From NCBI RefSeq assembly GCF_009914755.1, contig NC_060939.1: a DNA stretch of 64,000 bases. One strand, written 5' to 3'. Source of the stretch: the human T2T-CHM13v2.0 reference genome, Homo sapiens. Both the position numbers and the translations under genes were made by a program. The notes below the pieces were generated by a model. That model saw only the letters and a program-made list of their open reading frames with translations. It had not been told where the DNA came from and did not search any database. This document shows, one piece after another, positions 24,850-38,500 of this stretch. The first letter of the stretch is position 1; every line of letters starts with the position of its first letter.

Positions 24850-27800
24850 TTCCATTCCACTCGGTTTCATTCCATTTGAGTCCACTCCATTCCATTCCAT
24901 TCCATTCAGTTCCATTCCATTCTGTTCCATTCCATTCCGTTCCATTACATTCCATTCCATTCGGTACCATTCCATATTGTTCCATTCGATTCCATTCGAA
25001 TCCATTCCATTCCAGTCCATTCCATTCGATTCCATTCCATTCATTTCAATTCCATTCCATTCCATTCCATTCCATTCCACTTGATTCCTCTCCATTCCCT
25101 TCCACTGCATTCCGTTCGATTCCATTCCATTGCATTGCATTCCATTCCATTGGATTGCATTCCATTCGATTCCATTCCATTCGAATCAATTACATAGCAA
25201 TCAATTACATTCGAGTCTATTCTCTTCCGTTCCATTCGATTTCGTTCCAATCCATTCGATTCCATTCCATTCGATTCCATTCCATACTATTGCATTCCAT
25301 TTGATTACATTATATTCGAATAAGTTCCATTCAAGACCATTTCTTTTGAGTCCATTCTATTTGAGTCCATTCCCTTTGATTCCATAACATTTGAGTCCAT
25401 TCAATTCCATTCCTTTCGTTTCCATTCCATTTGATGCCATTCCATTCAATTCTGTTCTACTCGACTCCAATACATTCAATTCCATTCCATCCGATTCCAT
25501 TACATTCTTTTCATTTCTTATCCATTTCAAGCCATTCCACTCCATTCCATTCCACTCGTTTCCTTTCCATTCGAGTCCATTCCTCTCCAGTCCATTCCGT
25601 TCAATCCATTCCATTCCAGTCCATTCCATTCGAGTCCGTTCCATTCCAGTCCATTCCATTCGAGTCAATTCCATTCCATTCGATGTCTTTCCATAACGAT
25701 CCATTCCATTCTATTCCTTTCGATTCCATTCCATTCTATTTCATTCCATTCGATTCCCTTCCATTGGACTCCTTTCCATTCGAGTGCATTCCATTCCGTT
25801 CCATTTCTTTCCGTTCTGTACGATTCCTACCGTTCGATTTCATATTGTTCCAGCCCATTCCTTTCGCGTCCATTCCATTCCATTTCACTACATTCGATTC
25901 CATTCCATTCGATTCCATTCTACTCGATTCCACTTCGTTCCATTTCATTGCATTCCATTCTATTCAACTCTATTGCCTTCCATTCCATTCCATTCGATTA
26001 CATTCCATGCGATTCCATTCGAAATCGAATCAATTACATTGAAATTCATTACTATTTAGTCCGTTTTATTCCAGTCCACTGCATTCTGGTCCATTCCATT
26101 TGATTCCATTCCATTCTATTCCATTCCATACAGTTGCATTCCATTGGATTCCATGCTATATCTATAAATTCAATTCGAGACCATTGCTTTTGAGTCCATT
26201 CTATATGATTCCATTCCATTCAAGTCCATTACATTTGGTTCAATTCCATTCCATTCCATTCCCTTCCATTCCATTCCATTTGATATCAATCCATTCGATT
26301 CCATTCCATTCGAGCACATTCCATTCGAGTCCATTCCATTCGATGCCATTCCATTTGATTCTATTCCATTAGTCTCCATTCAATTCCATTAATCTCCTTT
26401 CCATTCCATTCTACTCCAACTGATTCCATTCCATTCTATTCCTTTCCATTCCATTTCATTCCATTCCATTCCATTTCATTCCTTTCCATTCCATTCGTGT
26501 CCATTCCACTCCAGTCCATTCCATTCGTGTCCATTCCATTCCAGTCCATTCCATTTGTGTCCACTGCATTCCATTCCACTCCATTCCATATTACTCCATT
26601 ACACTCCATTCCATTCTATGACTTTCATTTCCATTCAATTCCATTCCATTTGATTCCATTCCACTCGGTTTCATTCCATTTGAGTCCACTCCATTCCATT
26701 CCATTCCATTCAGTTCCATTCCATTCTGTTCCATTCCATTCCGTTCCATTACATTCCATTCCATTCGGTACCATTCCATATTGTTCCATTCGATTCCATT
26801 CGAATCCATTCCATTCCAGTCCATTCCATTCGATTCCATTCCATTCATTTCAATTCCATTCCATTCCATTCCATTACATTCCACTTGATTCCTCTCCATT
26901 CCCTTCCACTGCATTCCGTTCGATTCCATTCCATTGCATTGTATTCCATTCCATTGGATTGCATTCCATTCGATTCCATTCCATTCGAATCAATTACATA
27001 GCAATCCATTACATTCGAGTCTATTCTATTCCGTTCCATTCGATTTCGTTCCAATCCATTCGATTCCATTCCATTCGATTCCATTCCATACTATTGCATT
27101 CCATTCGATTACATTATATTCGAATAAGTTCCATTCAAGACCATTTCTTTTGAGTCCATTCTATTTGAGTCCATTCCCTTTGATTCCATAACATTTGAGT
27201 CCATTCAATTCCATTCCTTTCGTTTCCATTCCATTTGATGCCATTCCATTCAATTCTGTTCTACTCGACTCCAATACATTCAATTCCATTCCATCCGATT
27301 CCATTACATTCTTTTCATTTCTTATCCATTTCAAGCCATTCCACTCCATTCCATTCCACACGTTTCCTTTCCATTCGAGTCCATTCCTCTCCAGTCCATT
27401 CCGTTCAATCCATTCCATTCCAGTCCATTCCATTCGAGTCCGTTCCATTCCAGTCCATTCCATTCGAGTCAATTCCATTCCATTCGAGGTCTTTCCATAA
27501 CGATCCATTCCATTCTATTCCTTTCGATTCCATTCCATTCTATTTCATTCCATTCGATTCCCTTCCATTGGACTCCTTTCCATTCGAGTGCATTCCATTC
27601 CTTTCCATTTCTTTCCGTTCTGTACGATTCCTACCGTTCGATTTCATTTTGTTCCAGTCCATTCCTTTCGCGTCCATTCCATTCCATTTCACTCCATTCG
27701 ATTCCATTCCACTCGATTCCACTTCGTTCCATTTCATTGCATTCCATTCTATTCAACTCTATTGCCTTCCATTCCATTTCATTCGATTACATTCCATGCG

Positions 27801-30700
27801 ATTCCATTCGAAATCGAATCAATTACATTGCAATCCATTACTATTGAGTCCGTTTTATTCCAGTCCACTGCATTCTGGTCCATTCCATTTGATTCCATTC
27901 CATTCTATTCCATTCCATACAGTTGCATTCCATTGGATTCCATGCTATATCTATAAATTCAATTCGAGACCATTGCTTTTGAGTCCATTCTATATGATTC
28001 CATTCCATTCAAGTCCATTACATTTGGTTCAATTCCATTCCATTCCATTCCCTTCCATTCCATTCCATTTGATATCAATCCATTCGATTCCATTCCATTC
28101 GAGCACATTCCATTCGAGTCCATTCCATTCGATGCCATTCCATTTGATTCTATTCCATTAGTCTCCATTCAATTCCATTAATCTCCATTCCATTCCATTC
28201 TACTCCAACTGATTCCATTCCATTCTATTCCTTTCCATTCCATTTCATTCCATTCCATTCCATTTCATTCCATTCCATTCCATTCGTGTCCATTCCACTC
28301 CAGTCCATTCCATTCGTGTCCATTCCATTCCAGTCCATTCCATTTGTGTCCACTGCATTCCATTCCACTCCATTCCATATTATTCCATTACACTCCATTC
28401 CATTCTATTACTTTCATTTCCATTCAATTCCATTCCATTTGATTCCATTCCACTCGGTTTCATTCCATTTGAGTCCACTCCATTCCATTCCATTCCATTC
28501 AGTTCCATTCCATTCTGTTCCATTCCATTCCGTTCCATTACATTCCATTCCATTCGGTACCATTCCATATTGTTCCATTCGATTCCATTCGAATCCATTC
28601 CATTCCAGTCCATTCCATTCGATTCCATTCCATTCATTTCAATTCCATTCCATTCCATTCCATTCCATTCCACTTGATTCCTCTCCATTCCCTTCCACTG
28701 CATTCCGTTCGATTCCATTCCATTGCATTGCATTCCATTCCATTGGATTGCATTCCATTCGATTCCATTCCATTCGAATCAATTACATAGCAATCAATTA
28801 CATTCGCGTCTATTCTCTTCCGTTCCATTCGATTTCGTTCCAATCCATTCGATTCCATTCCATTCGATTCCATTCCATACTATTGCATTCCATTTGATTA
28901 CATTATATTCGAATAAGTTCCATTCAAGACCATTTCTTTTGAGTCCATTCTATTTGAGTCCATTCCCTTTGATTCCATAACATTTGAGTCCATTCAATTC
29001 CATTCCTTTCGTTTCCATTCCATTTGATGCCATTCCATTCAATTCTGTTCTACTCGACTCCAATACATTCAATTCCATTCCATCCGATTCCATTATATTC
29101 TTTTCATTTCTTATCCATTTCAAGCCATTCCACTCCATTCCATTCCACTCGTTTCCTTTCCATTCGAGTCCATTCCTCTCCAGTCCATTCCGTTCAATCC
29201 ATTCCATTCCAGTCCATTCCATTCGAGTCCGTTCCATTCCAGTCCATTCCATTCGAGTCAATTCCATTCCATTCGATGTCTTTCCATAACGATCCATTCC
29301 ATTCTATTCCTTTTGATTCCATTCCATTCTATTTCATTCCATTCGATTCCCTTCCATTGGACTCCTTTCCATTCGAGTGCATTCCATTCCGTTCCATTTC
29401 TTTCCGTTCTGTACGATTCCTACCGTTCGATTTCATTTTGTTCCAGTCCATTCCTTTCGCGTCCATTCCATTCCATTTCACTACATTCGATTCCATTCCA
29501 TTCGATTCCATTCTACTCGATTCCACTTCGTTCCATTTCATTGCATTCCATTCTATTCAACTCTATTGCCTTCCATTCCATTCCATTCGATTACATTCCA
29601 TGCGATTCCATTCGAAATCGAATCAATTACATTGAAATTCATTACTATTGAGTCCGTTTTATTCCAGTCCACTGCATTCTGTTCCATTCCATTTGATTCC
29701 ATTCCATTCTATTCCATTCCATACAGTTGCATTCCATTGGATTCCATGCTATATCTATAAATTCAATTCGAGACCATTGCTTTTGAGTCCATTCTATATG
29801 ATTCCATTCCATTCAAGTCCATTACATTTGGTTCAATTCCATTCCATTCCATTCCCTTCCATTCCATTCCATTTGATATCAATCCATTCGATTCCATTCC
29901 ATTCGAGCACATTCCATTCGAGTCCATTCCATTCGATGCCATTCCATTTGATTCTATTCCATTAGTCTCCATTCAATTCCATTAATCTCCTTTCCATTCC
30001 ATTCTACTCCAACTGATTCCATTCCATTCTATTCCTTTCCATTCCATTTCATTCCATTCCATTCCATTTCATTCCATTCCATTCCATTCGTGTCCATTCC
30101 ACTCCAGTCCATTCCATTCGTGTCCATTCCATTCCAGTCCATTCCATTTGTGTCCACTGCATTCCATTCCACTCCATTCCATATTATTCCATTACACTCC
30201 ATTCCATTCTATTACTTTCATTTCCATTCAATTCCATTCCATTTGATTCCATTCCACTCGGTTTCATTCCATTTGAGTCCACTCCATTCCATTCCATTCC
30301 ATTCAGTTCCATTCCATTCTGTTCCATTCCATTCCGTTCCATTACATTCCATTCCATTCGGTACCATTCCATATTGTTCCATTCGATTCCATTCGAATCC
30401 ATTCCATTCCAGTCCATTCCATTCGATTCCATTCCATTCATTTCAATTCCATTCCATTCCATTCCATTACATTCCACTTGATTCCTCTCCATTCCCTTCC
30501 ACTGCATTCCGTTCGATTCCATTCCATTGCATTGTATTCCATTCCATTGGATTGCATTCCATTCGATTCCATTCCATTCGAATCAATTATATAGCAATCC
30601 ATTACATTCGAGTCTATTCTATTCCGTTCCATTCGATTTCGTTCCAATCCATTCGATTCCATTCCATTCGATTCCATTCCATACTATTGCATTCCATTCG
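24850..30700 (+). repeat. Tandem ~3593-bp dimer duplication (U14-U15 / U16-U17)
   Basis: Spacings alternate 1789/1804/1789/1804. Shared variants at +3593: GCAATCAATTAC (~25197/28790), CATTTGATTAC (~25298/28891), the 15-bp insertion (~25904/29497) and GCATTGTATTCC (~26936/30529). Confidence 0.85.
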
Positions 30701-32551
30701 ATTACATTATATTCGAATAAGTTCCATTCAAGACCATTTCTTTTGAGTCCATTCTATTTGAGTCCATTCCCTTTGATTCCATAACATTTGAGTCCATTCA
30801 ATTCCATTCCTTTCGTTTCCATTCCATTTGATGCCATTCCATTCAATTCTGTTCTACTCGACTCCAATACATTCAATTCCATTCCATCCGATTCCATTAT
30901 ATTCTTTTCATTTCTTATCCATTTCAAGCCATTCCACTCCATTCCATTCCACTCGTTTCCTTTCCATTCGAGTCCATTCCTCTCCAGTCCATTCCGTTCA
31001 ATCCATTCCATTCCAGTCCATTCCATTCGAGTCCGTTCCATTCCAGTCCATTCCATTCGAGTCAATTCCATTCCATTCGATGTCTTTCCATAACGATCCA
31101 TTCCATTCTATTCCTTTCGATTCCATTCCATTCTATTTCATTCCATTCGATTCCCTTCCATTGGACTCCTTTCCATTCGAGTGCATTCCATTCCTTTCCA
31201 TTTCTTTCCGTGCTGTACGATTCCTACCGTTCGATTTCATTTTGTTCCAGTCCATTCCTTTCGCGTCCATTCCATTCCATTTCACTCCATTCGATTCCAT
31301 TCCACTCGATTCCACTTCGTTCCATTTCATTGCATTCCATTCTATTCAACTCTATTGCCTTCCATTCCATTCCATTCGATTACATTCCATGCGATTCCAT
31401 TCGAAATCGAATCAATTACATTGCAATCCATTACTATTGAGTCCGTTTTATTCCAGTCCACTGCATTCTGGTCCATTCCATTTGATTCCATTCCATTCTA
31501 TTCCATTCCATACAGTTGCATTCCATTGGATTCCATGCTATATCTATAAATTCAATTCGAGACCATTGCTTTTGAGTCCATTCTATATGATTCCATTCCA
31601 TTCAAGTCCATTACATTTGGTTCAATTCCATTCCATTCCATTCCCTTCCATTCCATTCCAGTTGATATCAATCCTTTCGATTCCATTCCATTCGAGCACA
31701 TTCCATTCGAGTCCATTCCATTTGATGCCATTCCATTTGATTCTATTCCAATAGTCTCCATTCAATTCCATTAATCTCCATTCCATTCCATTCTACTCCA
31801 ACTGATTCCATTCCATTCTATTCCTTTCCATTCCATTTCATTCCATTCCATTCCATTTCATTCCATTCCATTCCATTCGTGTCCATTCCACTCCAGTCCA
31901 TTCCACTTGTGTCCATTCCATTCCAGTCCATTCCATTTGTGTCCACTGCATTCCATTCCACTCCATTCCATATTATTCCATTACACTCCATTCCATTCCA
32001 TTACTTTCATTTCCATTCAATTCCATTCCATTTGATTCCATTCCACTCGGTTTCATTCCATTTGAGTCCACTCCATTCCATTCCATTCTGTTCCATTCCA
32101 TTCCGTTCCATTACATTCCATTCCATTCGGTACCATTCCATGTTGTTCCATTCGATTCCATTCGAATCCATTCCATTCCATTCCATTCCATTCGATTCCA
32201 TTCCATTCATTTCAATTCCATTCCATTCCATTCCATTCCACTTGATTCCTCTCCATTCCCTACCACTGCATTCCGTTCGATTCCATTCCATTGCATTGCA
32301 TTCCATTCCATTGGATTGCATTCCATTCGATTCCATTCCATTCGAATCAATTACATAGCAATCAATTACATTCGAGTCTATTCTATTCCGTTCCATACGA
32401 TTTCGTTCCAATCCATTCGATTCCATTCCATTCGATTCCATTCCATACTATTGCATTCCATTCGATTACATTATATTCGAATAAGTTCCATTCAAGACCA
32501 TTTCTTTTGAGTCCATTCTATTTGAGTCCATTCCCTTTGATTCCATAACAT

Positions 32552-35500
32552 TTGAGTCCATTCAATTCCATTCCTTTCGTTTCCATTCCATTTGAGGCCA
32601 TTCCATTCAATTCTGTTCTACTCGACTCCAATACATTCAATTCCATTCCATCCGATTCCATTACATTCTTTTCATTTCTTATCCATTTCAAGCCATTCCA
32701 CTCCATTCCATTCCACTCGTTTCCTTTCCAGTCGAGTCCATTCCTCTCCAGTCCATTCCGTTCAATCCATTCCATTCCAGTCCATTCCATTCGTGTCCGT
32801 TCCATTCCAGTCCATTCCATTCGAGTCAATTCCATCCCATTCGATGTCTTTCCATAACGATCCATTCCATTCTATTCCTTTCGATTCCATTCCATTCTAT
32901 TTCATTCCATTCGATTCCCTTCCATTGGACTCCTTTCCATTCGAGTGCATTCCATTCCGTTCCATTTCTTTCCGTTCTGTACGATTCCTACCGTTCGATT
33001 TCATTTTGTTCCAGTCCATTCCTTTCGCGTCCATTCCATTCCATTTCACTCCATTCGATTCCATTCCACTCGATTCCACTTCGTTCCATTTCATTGCATT
33101 CCATTCTATTCAACTCTATTGCCTTCCATTCCATTCCATTCGATTACATTCCATGCGATTCCATTCGAAATCGAATCAATTACATTGCAATCCATTACAA
33201 TTGCGTCCGTTTTATTCCTGTCCACTGCATTCTGGTCCATTCCATTTGATTCCATTCCATTCTATTCCATTCCATACAGTTGCATTCCATTGGATTCCAT
33301 GCTATATCTATAAATTCAATTCGAGACCATTGCTTTTGAGTCCATTCTATATGATTCCATTCCATTCAAGTCCATTGCATTTGGTTCAATTCCATTCCAT
33401 TCCATTCCCTTCCATTCCATTCCAGTTGATATCAATCCATTCGATTCCATTCCATTCGAGCACATTCCATTCGAGTCCATTCCATTCGATGCCATTCCAT
33501 TTGATTCTATTCCATTAGTCTCCATTCAATTCCATTAATCTCCATTCCATTCCATTCTACTCCAACTGATTCCATTCCATTCTATTCCTTTCCATTCCAT
33601 TTCATTCCATTCCATTCCATTTCATTCCATTCCATTCCATTCGCTTCCATTCCATTCGTGTCCATTCCACTCCAGTCCATTCCATTCGTGTCCATTCCAT
33701 TCCAGTCCATTCCATTTGTGTCCACTGCATTCCATTCCACTCCATTCCATATTATTCCATTACACTCCCTTCCATTCTATTACTTTCATTTCCATTCAAT
33801 TCCATTCCATTTGATTCCATTCCACTCGGTTTCATTCCATTTGAGTCCACTCCATTCCATTCCATTCCATTCCATTCAGTTCCATTCCATTCTGTTCCAT
33901 TCCATTCCGTTCCATTGCATTCCATTCCATTCGGTACCATTCCATATTGTTCCATTTGATTCCATTCGAATCCATTCCATTCCAGTCCATTCCATTCGAT
34001 TCCATTCCATTCCTTTCAATTCCATTCCATTCCATTCCATTCCACTTGATTCCACTCCATTCCCTTCCACTGCATTCCATTCGATTCCATTCCATTGCAT
34101 TGCATTCCATTCCATTGGACTGCATTCCATTCGATTCCATTCCATTCGAATCAATTACATAGCAATCCATTACATTCGAGTCTATTCTATTCCGTTCCAT
34201 TCGATTTCGTTCCAATCCATTCGATTCCATTCCATTCGATTCCATTCAATACTATTGCATTCCATTCGATTACATTATATTCGAATAAGTTCCATTCAAG
34301 ACCATTTCTTTTGAGTCCATTCGATTTGAGTCCATTCCCTTTGATTCCATAACATTTGAGTCCATTCAATTCCATTCCTTTCATTTCCATTCCATTTGAT
34401 GCCATTCCATTCAATTCTGTTCTACTCGACTCCAATACATTCAATTCCATTCCATCCGATTCCATTACATTCTTTTCATTTCTTATCCATTTCAAGTCAT
34501 TCCACTCCATTCCATTCCACTCGTTTCCTTTCCATTCGAGTCCATTCCTCTCCAGTCCATTCCGTTCAATCCATTCCATTCCAGTCCATTCCATTCCAGT
34601 CCGTTCCATTCCAGACCATTCCATTCGAGTCAATTCCATTCCATTCGATGTCTTTCCATAACGATCCATTCCATTCTATTCCTTTCGATTCCATTCCATT
34701 CTATTTCATTCCATTCGATTCCCTTCCATTGGACTCCTTTCCATTCGAGTGCATTCCATTCCGTTCCATTTCTTTCCGTTCTGTACGATTCCTACCGTTC
34801 GATTTCATTTTGTTCCAGTCCATTCCTTTCGCCTCCATTCCATTCCATTTCACTCCATTCGATTCCATTCCACTCGATTCCACTTCGTTCCATTTCATTG
34901 CATTCCATTCTATTCAACTCTATTGCCTTCCATTCCATTCCATTCGATTACATTCCATGCGATTCCATTCGAAATCGAATCAATTACATTGCAATCCATT
35001 ACAATTGAGTCCGTTTTATTCCAGTCCACTGCATTCTGGTCCATTCCATTTGATTCCATTCCATTCTATTCCATTCCATACAGTTGCATTCCATTGGATT
35101 CCATGCTATATCTATAAATTCAATTCGAGACCATTGCTTTTGAGTCCATTCTATATGATTCCATTCCATTCAAGTCCATTACATTTGGTTCAATTCCATT
35201 CCATTCCATTCCCTTCCATTCCATTCCAGTTGATATCAATCCTTTCGATTCCATTCCATTCGAGCACATTCCATTCGAGTCCATTCCATTCGATGCCATT
35301 CCATTTGATTCTATTCCATTAGTCTCCATTCAATTCCATTAATCTCCATTCCATTCCATTCTACTCCAACTGATTCCATTCCATTCTATTCCTTTCCATT
35401 CCATTTCATTCCATTCCATTCCATTTCATTCCATTCCATTCCATTCGTGTCCATTCCACTCCAGTCCATTCCATTCGTGTCCATTCCATTCCAGTCCATT

Positions 35501-38500
35501 CCATTTGTGTCCACTGCATTCCATTCCACTCCATTCCATATTATTCCATTACACTCCATTCCATTCTATTACTTTCATTTCCATTCAATTCCATTCCATT
35601 TGATTCCATTCCACTCGGTTTCATTCCATTTGAGTCCACTCCATTCCATTCCATTCCATTCCATTCAGTTCCATTCCATTCTGTTCCATTCCATTCCGTT
35701 CCATTACATTCCATTCCATTCGGTACCATTCCATATTGTTCCATTCGATTCCATTCGAATCCATTCCATTCCAGTCCATTCCATTCGATTCCATTCCATT
35801 CATTTCAATTCCATTCCATTCCATTCCATTCCATTCCACTTGATTCCTCTCCATTCCCTTCCACTGCATTCCGTTCGATTCCATTCCATTGCATTGCATT
35901 CCATTCCATTGGATTGCATTCCATTCGATTCCATTCCATTCGAATCAATTACATAGCAATCCATTACATTCGAGTCTATTCTATTCCGTTCCATTCGATT
36001 TCGTTCCAATCCATTCGATTCCATTCCATTCGATTCCATTCCATACTATTGCATTCCATTCGATTACATTATATTCGAATAAGTTCCATTCAAGACCATT
36101 TCTTTTGAGTCCATTCTATTTGAGTCCATTCCCTTTGATTCCATAACATTTGAGTCCATTCAATTCCATTCCTTTCGTTTCCATTCCATTTGAGGCCATT
36201 CCATTCAATTCTGTTCTACTCGACTCCAATACATTCAATTCCATTCCATCCGATTCCATTACATTCTTTTCATTTCTTATCCATTTCAAGCCATTCCACT
36301 CCATTCCATTCCACTCGTTTCCTTTCCAGTCGAGTCCATTCCTCTCCAGTCCATTCCGTTCAATCCATTCCATTCCAGTCCATTCCATTCGAGTCCGTTC
36401 CATTCCAGTCCATTCCATTCGAGTCAATTCCATCACATTCGATGTCTTTCCATAACGATCCATTCCATTCTATTCCTTTCGATTCCATTCCATTCTATTT
36501 CATTCCATTCGATTCCCTTCCATTGGACTCCTTTCCATTCGAGTGCATTCCATTCCGTTCCATTTCTTTCCGTTCTGTACGATTCCTACCGTTCGATTTC
36601 ATTTTGTTCCAGTCCATTCCTTTCGCGTCCATTCCATTCCATTTCACTCCATTCGATTCCATTCCACTCGATTCCACTTCGTTCCATTTCATTGCATTCC
36701 ATTCTATTCAACTCTATTGCCTTCCATTCCATTCCATTCGATTACATTCCATGCGATTCCATTCGAAATTGAATCAATTACATTGCAATCCATTACAATT
36801 GCGTCCGTTTTATTCCAGTCCACTGCATTCTGGTCCATTCCATTTGATTCCATTCCATTCTATTCCATTCCGTACAGTTGCATTCCTTTGGATTCCATGC
36901 TATATCTATAAATTCAATTCGAGACCATTGCTTTTGAGTCCATTCTATATGATTCCATTCCATTCAAGTCCATTGCATTTGGTTCAATTCCATTCCATTC
37001 CATTCCCTTCCATTCCATTCCAGTTGATATCAATCCATTCGATTCCATTCCATTCGAGCACATTCCATTCGAGTCCATTCCATTCGATGCCATTCCATTT
37101 GATTCTATTCCATTAGTCTCCATTCAATTCCATTAATCTCCATTCCATTCCATTCTACTCCAACTGATTCCATTCCATTCTATTCCTTTCCATTCCATTT
37201 CATTCCATTCCATTCCATTTCATTCCATTCCATTCCATTCGCTTCCATTCCATTCGTGTCCATTCCACTCCAATCCATTCCATGCGTGTCCATTCCATTC
37301 CAGTCCATTCCATTTGTGTCCACTGCATTCCATTCCACTCCATTCCATATTATTCCATTTCACTCCCTTCCATTCTATTACTTTCATTTCCGTTCAATTC
37401 CATTCCATTTGATTCCATTCCACTCGGTTTCATTCCATTTGAGTCCACTCCATTCCATTCCATTCCATTCCATTCAGTTCCATTCCATTCTGTTCCATTC
37501 CATTCCGTTCCATTGCATTCCATTCCATTCGGTACCATTCCATATTGTTCCATTCGATTCCATTCGAATCCATTCCATTCCAGTCCATTCCATTGGATTC
37601 CATTCCATTCCTTTCAATTCCATTCCATTCCATTCCATTCCACTTGATTCCACTCCATTCCCTTCCACTGCATTCCATTCGATTCCATTCCATTGCATTG
37701 CATTCCATTCCATTGGACTGCATTCCATTCGATTCCATTCCATTCGAATCAATTATATAGCAATCCATTACATTCGAGTCTATTCTATTCCGTTCCATTC
37801 GATTTCGTTCCAATCCATTCGATTCCATTCCATTCGATTCCATTCCATACTATTGCATTCCATTCGATTACATTATATTCGAATAAGTTCCATTCAAGAC
37901 CATTTCTTTTGAGTCCATTCGATTTGAGTCCATTCCCTTTGATTCCATAACATTTGAGTCCATTCAATTCCATTCCTTTCGTTTCCATTCCATTTGATGC
38001 CATTCCATTCAATTCTGTTCTACTCGACTCCAATACATTCAATTCCATTCCATCCGATTCCATTACATTCTTTTCATTTCTTATCCATTTCAAGTCATTC
38101 CACTCCATTCCATTCCACTCGTTTCCTTTCCATTCGAGTCCATTCCTCTCCAGTCCATTCCGTTCAATCCATTCCATTCCAGTCCATTCCATTCCAGTCC
38201 GTTCCATTCCAGACCATTCCATTCGAGTCAATTCCATTCCATTCGATGTCTTTCCATAACGATCCATTCCATTCTATTCCTTTCGATTCCATTCCATTCT
38301 ATTTCATTCCATTCGATTCCCTTCCATTGGACTCCTTTCCATTCGAGTGCATTCCATTCCTTTCCATTTCTTTCCGTTCTGTACGATTCCTACCGTTCGA
38401 TTTCATTTTGTTCCAGTCCATTCCTTTCGCCTCCATTCCATTCCATTTCACTCCATTCGATTCCATTCCACTCGATTCCACTTCGTTCCATTTCATTGCA

